This document shows positions 1 through 10,600 of a stretch of 64,000 bases of DNA, in pieces. Under the pieces are notes generated by a model, which saw nothing but the letters and a program-made list of their open reading frames with translations, ran no database searches and was not told the DNA's origin. Position 1 is the first letter of the stretch. Each line of letters opens with the position of its first letter. The translations under genes and the position numbers were made by a program. This DNA is from Anthoceros angustus (taxonomy: Eukaryota > Plantae > Anthocerotophyta): contig MU008173.1 of the NCBI GenBank assembly GCA_010909165.1, positions 558,001-622,000 on the forward strand, in the 5' to 3' direction.

Positions 1-875
1 CGGCGGGTGCCTTTGACACAGCGATGCGCTTGCTGAATAGGCAGCTTGGGATTCGTAACTTTGCTCCCCTGAAGTCAGCTTTCTTGGATCTTCATCTGGC
101 ATCCCACACATCTCTACCAGGCCTTGTTTCCTTGCCAGTATTGCCACTGGCCCTTGAGAAGGGATGGACTGAAAACGCAAGTCCAAATGTTAGGAACGCA
201 CCAGCCCTCATCTGGAAGCTCTCCACGTTGGAAGAGAAGTTGAAAGCAGGTTATAAGGCGGTTACGGAGGGCAAGTTCACGGAGGCCTTGAGACTGTTCC
301 TCACCATTTTGCACACTATTCCCCTGCTCGTCGTGGACAGCAGGAAAGAAGTGGATGAGGTGAAAGAACTGGTGTCACTATCAAAGGACTATGTCCTTGC
401 GATGAGGATTGAACTGAGGCGGAAGGAATTGAAGGATGACTTGGTCCGACAATCAGAGCTTGCTGCATACTTCACTCACTGCAACCTCCAGCCAACGCAT
501 CTGAGACTCAGCTTGCAGTCTGCCATGAACACCAACTTCAAAGCCAAGAACTTCAATGCAACAGCGTCTTTCTGCCAGCGGCTGTTGCAATTGAATATTC
601 CTCCAGCAACAGCAACTAAGGTCCGGCAAGCATTACAAGCTTGCGAGAGGTCTCCCAGAGACGAGCTCCCCATCAACTATGATCCCCGAAATCCATTTGT
701 GGTCTGCGGAGCCACTTTGACGCCCATATATCGTGGGAGCAGAGATATTTCTTGCCCGTACTGCACAGCTAAATTTGTGCCAGAAACAAGTGGGCAGGTC
801 TGTCCTATTTGTGAGCTGGCTACTATTGGAGCAGATGCATCAGGATTATATTGCTCAACCACTCAATCCCGGTAG
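1..875 (+). CDS. COPA: Coatomer subunit alpha, C-terminal part (5' truncated by window edge)
   Basis: Frame is open from base 3 (AGAFDTAMRLLNRQLGIRNFAPLK...). It contains ELAAYFTHCNLQP and the terminal NPFVVCGAT...CPYC...CPICEL zinc-finger-like motif typical of alpha-COP. Confidence 0.95.
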   Translation, partial: AGAFDTAMRLLNRQLGIRNFAPLKSAFLDLHLASHTSLPGLVSLPVLPLALEKGWTENASPNVRNAPALIWKLSTLEEKLKAGYKAVTEGKFTEALRLFLTILHTIPLLVVDSRKEVDEVKELVSLSKDYVLAMRIELRRKELKDDLVRQSELAAYFTHCNLQPTHLRLSLQSAMNTNFKAKNFNATASFCQRLLQLNIPPATATKVRQALQACERSPRDELPINYDPRNPFVVCGATLTPIYRGSRDISCPYCTAKFVPETSGQVCPICELATIGADASGLYCSTTQSR

Positions 876-3150
876 CATCACTGCCTTAGTGTCTCTTTGA
901 CCTGGCTGGATTGTCACACTTCGTGTTGGCAGATTGCGGCATCAGTTCACCTTTCGAGGGTTGGCAAGAGTGTAGAGAACATTTTAGGAGTCGGGGGACA
1001 AGCAGGAAAGGGATCTTCAGCAGGCTTATGGGGATGTTCGCATGCTGTTGAGTTTTTTCGGTTTTGCTCGTGTTGTGGCTCGTGTTTTGTCAAGCATTCA
1101 TGCAGGGATATTGATTCACATCTAGTGGAGACACGTAGTTCAGAGGCATGGTCTTAGTCAACACAGCACAACTGTTGTAGGTATAGGCCAACAATGTAGT
1201 TTTGCACATGACTTAGGAATGTGCATGTATACTCCAAACATTGTTGGAGTTGAGTAAACTGAGATACAGCAAATTGGAATTCTAATGTGCCTCTCGCAAC
1301 CAAAATGTGCCTCTCAATACCTCCCTTTCGCAGTCAGTTCTCCTGTCCCCTCGGGGAGATAAACCAGATACAGGCAATGCAGTTGCTCGTGGCCCGCCGC
1401 TCTGCCTCGAACCAAATGGCAGGAAGAACAGCTAGTAAACTCAACCGTCGTCCATTCATCAAATGGCAGGAAGAACAGCTAGCAAAGTCGTCCATTAATC
1501 AATAAACAGTTTGCAGAATGGGATATATCGTGTTCGTCCTTTCAGTATCGTGATCAGGGCTTCTTCAGCTCATCCAAAAATCATTGTCAGTCACAATTTC
1601 CCCTTCGACACCCGTGACATACCACATCTCGGTAAACATTTTCAACAGATGCTCTGTGAGATCATGCAGCCCCTGGGGAGTAAGGCTCGTGGGAGGGCTG
1701 AACTGTTGAAGCTGAATACGCTTCCATCTAGAAATGACATGTGAAACGGAATAGCCATCACCTGGGGCAGCAGGAGGAAGCAGCAGGTTGTCCGAGAACA
1801 CCCCTGTGTGGTGCACCCTGCGCGGAGGGAGATGTATCAATAGCCGCAGATCTGCGCTGCAATGCAAGGCGTCGCACAAGCATGGAAAGGCCTCGACATG
1901 TTGGAGATCACATCAGGTGGTCTGCAGGATTTATCTTGGGAGAAGACAATGGATGAAAATGGTTGAAAGACACTTTACTCTGCCTTCAACCAAATTATGC
2001 AGCACGTAATGAGCATGAGAATCCTCTCCATCAGGTTCTGGAATTGTGACAAATGAATGATGATAGTGGACATTTCCTATTTGTGTCCCAGGTGGTGTGC
2101 GCCTTTCAAGCATGGGCCGCCCTGCAACATATGACAGGGCTGTTGCTTGGAAGGTCCTAGACGATGATGAGATTACACTATGTGTGGCTTTCTTGTACAT
2201 GAATTGGTCTTTTCTGACTTGAGGAGTAGTCCTCCTGTCAGTGTGCACCTTCGGCGGCAAGATCACAAGGTGCAGCAAGTTGAGGCATTAGGAGTACACA
2301 TCAACGCGGATGGTACAGCAGGGTAGGGTATGTGGCACCATCGCACAAATGAGGAAATTGTAGCATGGTACACCATAGCTACTTGCTTCCTCAACGATGC
2401 CGCATACTGCGATTACCTTACCTTTCTATAGACCTATCTGATGACACAAGTGTCTGCATGTTTGTGCATCACTAAATATTCTCTCTTCTGGGCAAGTGGA
2501 TAGCAAGAACAGTAACCCAAACAAAACATTCGGTGTAGTAGGTGGAATTATGTTGCAGGATAGAACACCTCAACAGTCTAAAGTCACCTGGATCATGAGG
2601 TGCTGTAGTGTGTCATGTGGTCTATTTTGATGTCTTGGAGAATTTTGATGTCCAGTGTGTCTGTACCTCTCTCCGTGCCGATGCAGTGTCTCGGTCCCAC
2701 CTACGCCAAAGGCTTGTACAAGCCTCCTCACTTACAAGACACAGACCGTTATCTGAAAAGCACAGGGACTAACAAAGAGGGAAACCGTTATCGAAGCCAA
2801 TGAGCACTTCAGTTAAGCAGCGGAAATGTCGGGGCCACGTAGGCTACCCAAACTGGGTGACGCCACTTGTCGTGTTCTGATGTCGCACCGGGCAATGCAA
2901 TAGTGATAAACATAGCGTGCGGTGCCTGCAAGGGAAGTTGGGAAGTAGTTGCCCTGCAGTTCCTAAGCGTCTCCTGCATCATCAAGTTGATCGCTTGGGC
3001 TGAAGGTGTCTCCGCGTGAAATCCTTTTCGTTGTCTGACACAGAAGCTGGTAGGTGTGTCGGACTTGTTACTTCTCCTTGTATGTTGCAACTGATGTGCG
3101 TTTAGTTTTGGGAGGACACTTGAAGCCGGCTGTTTGACAGGTCTTGCGAC

Positions 3151-3966
3151 ATGGGAGGGGGCTATCATCCTCATGACGCGCCACACCACGTGCCGCATCC
3201 GCATCCCGGGCCCCCTCACTTTGCAGAGCCACACCATGCCGCACACTATCCCCGCCCTTCATCTCTGAACGAGATCAAAGGGGAGCTGGTCAAGATCTAC
3301 CCCAAGGCAGATCCCCGATACCTCCTGACTGTGGAGGGTGACTCTGTTGTGCTGTCCAAGGGCGGCGAGCACGATTCCAGCCAGGTGCGTGTCTGGTTGA
3401 GTTTGTTCAGGACTTTGGTCTTAAGTTAGTGTGGAGCTCATTTTCAATGTGCGCCTCTGGCGGACAGCAATGGTACAAGGATGATTCGCCGGGAGAAAGG
3501 CTGAAGGACGATTCGGGTCACCCGACCTTTGTTCTTGTCAATAAGGCGTCCCACCTTGCGCTTCGGCACACCACTGTTGAAAAGGAGCACAAGGATCACA
3601 CGGATGTGGTTTGTTTTCTTCCATGCGGATTGATCTGAGATTCTGTGGCTTGTTTCATTCGCACACATTTGTGCGAATGAAACATGAAGTCTCTTAAGCT
3701 CACTGTTGCGTTGTTGCCTTGTGAAACAGGTGACCCTGGTTCCTTACAGGGAGGATGATGTTGACAAGAGCACACTTTGGAGTCTGAGTGATGATCTCGG
3801 GGACGGGTACAGGACTATCAGGCCAGCGGACAACACAAAGTTAAACCTGGATGCAGATCATGCGGATAAAGAGCACGGAGGTGTGAAGGAACACAACAGG
3901 GTCATTCTCTACAAGTGGAACAAACAGGAAAATCAGAAGTGGAAGCTGGTTCCTCTGTGTGAGTGA
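3151..3966 (+). CDS. EUL (Euonymus lectin / ricin-B-like) single-domain lectin, copy 1; exons ~3151-3384, 3468-3608, 3730-3966
   Basis: GT-AG introns join in frame. His/Pro-rich N-terminus, then VKIYPKADPRYLLTV, QWYKD...FVLVNKASHLAL, LWSLSDDLGDGYRTIR, LNLDA...GGV, ENQKWK. Confidence 0.9.
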
Positions 3967-4619
3967 GAACATTTTTGATGAATACTAGTTAAGTGCAACT
4001 ACATGTGCTTCCTGTCCATTCTAACGGGAGGCTGTTCATGGCAGGAATATTGTGCTGTGCTCTTCACATCATATCGGGCTCAAATCATCTTTGGAATCCG
4101 TCGTCTGGGTCGTAGATCTATGCTTCAGAGTGTGGCATTTCTGTTGATAGTGAACACTTGTATCGATGTCAACGTTCTTTCTTCAGTGTACACCGAGGTA
4201 GTCTAGCAAACGACTAGTTGTAATTCATGAGCGTACATCAAATCTTAAGTGTGAATGCATGTTTTCAAGATGCAACCGACGAGTCACCACAGCATGGGGC
4301 CATATGTTCATGCTCACTGAATCAAGTGGAACTGTCTTTGCTATGAGGACAAGCGGATTCATACATCTGAGTCGTCAGCTGTCTTGCGGCACCACGTACA
4401 GCTTCGTCATTGTATTTTCCCGAATCCCGTTGGTACATGGATCACCCCAGACGTGACTAAGCATGTGTCTGGAGATGTTACTGCGTTTTGAGGAGTGCTA
4501 GATTGATCCTCACCTGCAGGTGTGTCGTTCAGCTTGAGGTGAAGTAATTGGCATGTCAACATAGCGGCTGTGGGCTTGTTGCAGAAAAGCATGTATCTGT
4601 AGCAAGGGAACCAGACCAC

Positions 4620-5180
4620 AGGCCGTCAGATTGGCCATGGGCTGTCAGGTTGGCCATGGGTATCTGGTAGCCTATGCAGGGATAAATGGAAAGGTATGCC
4701 GAGGAAAACCTTGCTGCAGCGGATAGGGTTGTCCATGTGCCTTCCAACCTCAATGCTACCACCGTAGGAACTGCGCTGCTCAAGGGCATGACGACACGGT
4801 ATGTAGTCAGGAGGTGCTCTAAAGTGGAGCCTGGTGCATGCCGCAGCTGAAGGGGTGGCGTCTTTGCTCTGCCAGTGGGCTCGGCGTTGGACGCTAAGGT
4901 CATTGGCGTGGTGTCGACACAAGCTGTTGAAGATGGCTGTAACCATGTCATTTGTTACGGCTGCTCAAGGAGCACGGAAGCCAAGTTCGTTGTTCCTGAC
5001 CAGGCCGTCCTAGATGCACTACACTTCTACCAGGGATGAGCTTTGGCCACTTACGAAGACTTGTTTGCGCTGCTGTCCTCCGGAGCGTTAGAGGTCCGTC
5101 TGAATCAGACTTCTTCCTTCTCGGAGATTCCCAAGGCTCATGTTGACTTAGAGTCTCGCAAAATCACAGGCTCACTGTCA
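4620..5180 (+). pseudogene. NADPH:quinone oxidoreductase (zeta-crystallin/QOR-like) pseudogene, apparently intronless
   Basis: Frameshifted segments read YAEENLAAADRVVHVP...ALLKGMTTRYVVRR..KVEPG / LVHAAAEGVASLLCQWA / ALDAKVIGVVST..EDGCNHVI / SLFLTRPS*MHY / LFALLSSGALEV...AHVDLESRKITGS. These match QOR motifs in order, with deletions, frameshifts and a stop. Confidence 0.85.
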
Positions 5181-5339
5181 TGGTACACTTCAATACCCGA
5201 ACAACATTAATTAGACTCGCATTTCCACTAAATGCTAGCTACCAAGATAGGAAGGCCATGTATCTGTAGGCTAAAAAGCGGAACGCCTCTATGCGCTCTT
5301 CCGGGCCATGAGCTCTAATCCATTCTCAGATTTTTGCGC

Positions 5340-6005
5340 GATTTTCCTACCGTGTAGTTTTCTTTCTCAAAATTTTAGCCTTGGACTTTCCTATTTTTTT
5401 TAATTTGGTATTTTGAAAATAAATCAAAACAACCCCGGGGGAGAAATCTTCAGCAAGGGTTCTGATTCCCCTATGTTACACATCGTATCATCCCAACAGG
5501 AAGAGACTATACTCTTTCCGAGGTCATCTGAGTACATGCCTAGATACCATCGTAGGTTATGTGGGACTTGGGAAAAACTCCCTCACCTACTAAAACTCCT
5601 CACCTTTACCTTTGCCCGAGAATAAGGGCTGCCATACATTGCTGCGTCGGCTCCAATAACTGCCGGCTGCCTTGGACTTTCCTATCGTGCGATTTTTGAT
5701 TGGTAAATGATGTACTATTTTCCTATCGCGCAGATTTCTTTCTGAGAATTTCAACCTGCGATTTTTCATTTGTGTAACGGCGTGCAATTTTCCTATAGCG
5801 CGGTTTTCTTTCTCAAAAATTTTAGCGTGCGATTTTTCATTGCTTGAGGAAGGTATGCGTTTTTCCTCTCGTGCAGTTTTCTTCGTCAAATTTTCCGTGC
5901 AATTTTTTTTATTTTTCTTTGGTGAGGAAGGTGTACGATTTTTCTATCACGCAGTTTTCTTTCCCAAATTTTTAGCGTGCCAGTTTTCATTGGTGAGGAA
6001 GGTAA
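5340..6005. repeat. Degenerate tandem repeat, unit ~70-80 bp (attttcctatcgcgcagttttctttctcaaaattttagcgtgcgatttttcattggtgaggaagg)
   Basis: About 4 adjacent degenerate copies at 5715-6005 and a related copy near 5341. Confidence 0.7.
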
Positions 6006-6126
6006 GACTAATATTTGTAAGACGCTTGGATGCAAAATGTTAAGCACATAAGCTGAAATGTTATTTATTTATATTCAGTAGAGATAAAAAGAAAAATTTT
6101 CAAGCCAATAGCATTATAATGATTAA

Positions 6127-6208
6127 TGGTCAGGAATGGGATTTGAATTCATGACCTGTCCAATAGTACCTCAAATTGGCACCTTAGCCTTAGACCAACT
6201 CAACAACA
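6127..6208 (-). pseudogene. Decayed tRNA-Leu (CAG-type) pseudogene or tRNA-derived SINE head
   Basis: The reverse complement contains GAGTTGGTCTAAGGC (plant tRNA-Leu D-arm/A-box), gtgccaatttgaggtact and catgaattcaaatcccattcctgacca (T-arm and acceptor). The 5' acceptor strand is lost, the B-box is mutated, and there is a 5-bp taagg duplication. Confidence 0.7.
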
Positions 6209-6577
6209 GTAAAAATGATATTTATGTCTATCAAGGGTGGAAGAACGGCCTCGAGACGTAAAAAGTTTAGTTGAAACGTAGTGAAAAAAACCTTATACAT
6301 ACCTACGTCACAACTAGAGAGGCACAAATAGTGAAAGGAAGAGGTGCAAATAGTGAAAGGAAGTAACGAAGACAAAAGCCCACCCGAAACTACCAATCAA
6401 TTGATCACCAAGGAAACAGACTACTTGACCCATAGCATAAAAAGTTGGAGGAGGAGGATTAAAAATAACCAATTGAAAACCACGGAAAAAGACCATTTGA
6501 CCCATAGCACGAGCTGCCATCCTGATAATGTATCTAGCTTTTAGGGAATCACTTTTATTTTTAATGGTTTTTAAATA

Positions 6578-7359
6578 CTAAGCAGGACCCGTGCGCGCGC
6601 GGCCGGGTGAGCGGTAGACCCGACGTTTAGTAGAACGGACCCCACCCACAGTGATGAGGGCGGGTTCCATCCAGGCATCCAGGGTGTCATTTTGAAGCGT
6701 TCGTTTTTGCTGGTGGAACGAAACCCGGGACCGGTGAACCCCGGGAATTGCCGGTCCTGATTTCGGTCGCTTGATAAAAAGGTCGGCGCTCTTCCGACTT
6801 TATGACACACATATATTCTTCTCATCCTATGTCAATTTAAATATATTTTAATATTATTTAGATTAGGTTTTAGGCATTCAAAGAAGTACCACTGGGACCG
6901 GTAGTCTTGAATTTAGGGCGGTCCCATCCGGTCAGGCACCACCGGTTGCTCGTCCTGGCCGGTCCCCGAGCCGGCCGGTGTTGCCGGTCAAAATGACTCC
7001 CTGGAACTCCCACCGCCAGATTAACGCGCGCCAGCGTCCGTGGACTGGGCGCGCGGTTGGACGCCAAAACCGGAGGACGCTCGTTGTCCGTGATGACGTG
7101 GCTTTCGGGCTACGGCGTACTCTTGGCCTTCGGGCATCGTGCAGCCCACTTGTCATACTTCCGGCATAGGTGAGATCAAGGTACAGACTGTTGAGCTGTG
7201 TACGTACATCCAATTTTGCGGTTGGTAGGTGTAGGTGGCGTTGCCAGACGTGCGGTAAAGTGATGTTTGTACTTATATATGAAATGCTTCAGGTTGGTAT
7301 TCTGTCCCCTTTTGTACGTGGAGTTGTGGTAGTTGTGTCTTGCACTGTCAGATATATGA
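6578..7359 (-). mobile_element. Possible non-autonomous Helitron
   Basis: The minus strand ends in a GC-rich imperfect hairpin (cccggccgcgcgcgcacggg) followed by tcctgcTTAG|T, resembling the CTAG|T terminus. A candidate A|TC 5' end lies near 7359, but that boundary is uncertain. Confidence 0.3.
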
Positions 7360-7528
7360 TAAAATAACGTAATGGCCACAAAAAATTCTCCTACAATACA
7401 AAGCTACTCACAATGCCACCGTCTCCACGGGAGTCTGATTGCCTATTTGCCTACTTTGAACTCTACATGCTGAGAGATACCAAAGCTTTCCATGGCATGC
7501 TCAACACTGATACTGATGTACACACCAC

Positions 7529-7640
7529 CATCTCGTCGCAAAACGCTCCAACATCTCGTCACAAAATGCTCCAACATCTCGTCACAAAATGCTCCAACAT
7601 CTCGTCACAAAATGCTCCAACATCTCGTCACAAAATGCTC
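7529..7640. repeat. 23-bp minisatellite (catctcgtcacaaaatgctccaa) x ~4.9, abutting the AHA copy-1 stop codon
   Basis: Units start at 7529, 7552, 7575, 7598 and 7621 (partial). Confidence 0.95.
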
Positions 7641-10600
7641 TACACCGTATAAGACTGCTGGATGGTAGAGATGTCCAAATTCTTCAACCTCACCACCGAT
7701 TCGACGTGTCCCTTGAGGGTGTGCAGCTCCCTCAACCTGAAGAAACCGTTTGGAACGAATGATGATTAGGCGAATTCAGAGAAACGGAAGCGTGTCCACA
7801 AACAGTGCACATGACTGAGAGTTACCTCGCAATCTCAGCTCGCCGTTTGGCTTGCTCCGCGATGTCTGACAACTCCCGGAATGTGCTGCGGTCAGTGGAC
7901 ATCTTGGTTTCCGGGGGGCCCAGTCCGTGGAGCGTGCGCTGAGCAAGAGCCCATTGCGCCTGGCGTTCCTCCTTCCCAAAGTCTTTCTGGGTAGTGAAAG
8001 CAGTCTGCAACCACCGGGATAGCCGAAGTCAGATGGATCCTTCCTGTTTCAGCAAATTTAAGCGGGAATGTTAATTGAAGGCAGGCAGGGAAAATCACCT
8101 TGCTCTCGATCATGTTGTTCCATGCAGCACCACTCAGCACGTAGCGGACAAAGATCTTGATGAAATCTAGAGGAATGTAAAAGATAATACTGTAGAGCCA
8201 GATTACTCCAGCCCATCCCCAGCCGACGCCCCTGATTCCGGCAAATCCCCACACCGCATGGGCGGCCAGGACTGTGGCGATCTGTCGCACCATAGGAAGG
8301 AAGTGATATATGTTGGCAACAAATGCTTGAAAGTTGCAAATAAGCACAAGAATCAAGGGGGCAAGGCTGACAGTTTACCAGTTGAGCTAGTGCGAACGCG
8401 ATGAGAAGCAGAGTCCCAGGCCTTTCAAAATAGGAAAGGCCTCGGGACCTGGTGACAAAAATGAGGGCCTGGCTGACAATGCTCACTTGCAGATACACTG
8501 CAGACGTCTCCATGCTCTTCCGGCCTCTGAGATGCTTAACTCCGAAGGCGTTCTGCACGACGCATTCAAGGCCCCCCGTCAGTGAAGCATTTCTCTCGTG
8601 CTAGACAGGCTTGGCTGTTGTTGGGCCCATGAAAACTTACAGGGAAGAAGTCGGTGTCGTGAATGAGGTAGAAGAAGACGACAGTGATGATAGCCATGTA
8701 AGTTCCCAAGACAATCCCGGTGGCGAAGATCTCTTTGAGTTTCCAGCTATCCGGGGTGGGAGAGGGCTTGACACGGTCCTTTGAGATAGTCATGATGGTA
8801 CCTGATGGACCAGCTCGAAACGTATCAGATCAGATCAAGGCAAGCTGGAGGAAAGCTTCTTCAAATGAGGAAAGCGTCTTCAAATGAGCGCAGGAAAGCT
8901 TCTTCAAATGAGCTGTAATCTGGAGCGCCCGGTGTCTCACCGTCATTCAGAATTGCGATGACCAGCACCATGAACGGAGAGAAGTCAAACTTCCAGATCA
9001 ATGCCAGAAGCAGAAAGCCAAGCTGTGCCAACACCAGATATCGCTTGTGCGTTAGTTGATATACTTGCTCATATGGAGTGCATTAAATCAAGGAGAAGTT
9101 GAATGAGAAGCATGATCTTACCACTATACGGATGGTGATGGAAACGGCGTAGATCTACAAAACCCCAGGAATCAGAGAATCAGCAACAGATCCATTTCAG
9201 CTATCTGGACCCCAGCAGAGGAGCAGTAGCCTGGAGTGTAGATTCTCCTTACCGTGTAGTTTTTCATCCTTTGGAAGATGGCCCTGCTCGTGAGCACAGC
9301 ACTAATGATCACACTGAGTCCGGGCTCAGTGAGCACAATGTCGGAAGCACTCCTTGCGGCATCTGTGGCATCTGCCACAGCAATACCAATGTCTGCTTTC
9401 TTCAGAGCAGGGGCATCGTTCACACCATCACCAGTCATGCCACATATGTGCTTCATCTCCTGAAGCTTTTTCACAATCTCGTACTTGTGCTCTGCAAAGC
9501 CCAGAACAACTTTATCAGATGGGGGACGTTCTTTGAGCAATGAGACACGTGATGCACGGGTTCTGTGAAGTGAGGTACCTGGGAAAACTCCTGCAAAGCC
9601 GTCAGCCTTCTCGATGAGCTCCTCCACAGGCAACGCCGCCAGTGACGCATCCTTGTGCTGCCCCAGCAGTGATGAGGATGGGTACATGTTAGAACCCATT
9701 CCCAGTCGTCTTCCCGTTTCTTTGGCAATAGCCAGCTGATCACCTGATGAGAAGAAGAGAAGCAGCTCAGATCACAATCAGAAACTGATTTGAATTTGTT
9801 GCCACGTATCATCATGAGCAGCAAGCTCACCTGTGATCATCTTCACGTTCACACCCAGGTTGAGAGCCCGCTTGATGGTCTCAGCGCTGTCGTGACGAGG
9901 CGGGTCAAAGAGGGGCATCAGCCCACAAAATTGCCATGGGCCACCCGCACTCTCCTTGCTCTTGTCCGGAACTTCCTGCATTGTGCACCGGCGCCAAACT
10001 CAGGAAACCCATACAGCTTCTACAGATGGACCACAACATGAAGGACAAGGCTAGCATCTTACCTGCATAGCCACACCAAGGGAGCGCAGACCACGCTCTG
10101 CAAAATTATCAATAATAGTGTGGACTTTGGAAGCGATTTCATTCTTGTTGGCAGCCAGCTCCAGAATCTGCATCAACAACCGTGAAAGTGATCACCGTCA
10201 GCAGCGGTAGGGGAGACACGCTTCGACCAACGAGCTCAACAATTTGCAAATGCTGTGAACGCACCTGCTCTGGGGCTCCTTTGCTTGCTCTCCACCACTT
10301 CCCTTCAGAATCAATGTATGTAATGGCAGTACGCTTGTCCGTGGGATTAAAAGGGAGAAAGTGAACCTCTTGAATGCCAGCTCGTGCCTGCACAGAATAG
10401 ACAGGTTGCCTTCAGACACGGGCTTCACATTCAAAACAGGAGAGAGGACGTTTATACTACGATTTACAGCTTACCTCCTTAGGATCAGCCAGCATGTTGA
10501 CAATGGCACCGTCGATAGCGTCCTGGTTTTCTGTTCGTGAAGCTCTCGCTGCTAGCAACACCACTTGCTCTCTGGTGGTCCCTTTCCCGAATACCTGCAG

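Noticed and set aside
1511-2060. Semi-open plus-strand frame that might be a decayed F-box/LRR-type gene
   Set aside because: Several stops and no motif I can identify with confidence; a homology search is needed.
7529-7640. 23-bp direct repeats as a CRISPR array (likewise the 21-bp array at ~52 kb)
   Set aside because: Units are contiguous with no unique spacers, there are no cas genes, and the context is eukaryotic.
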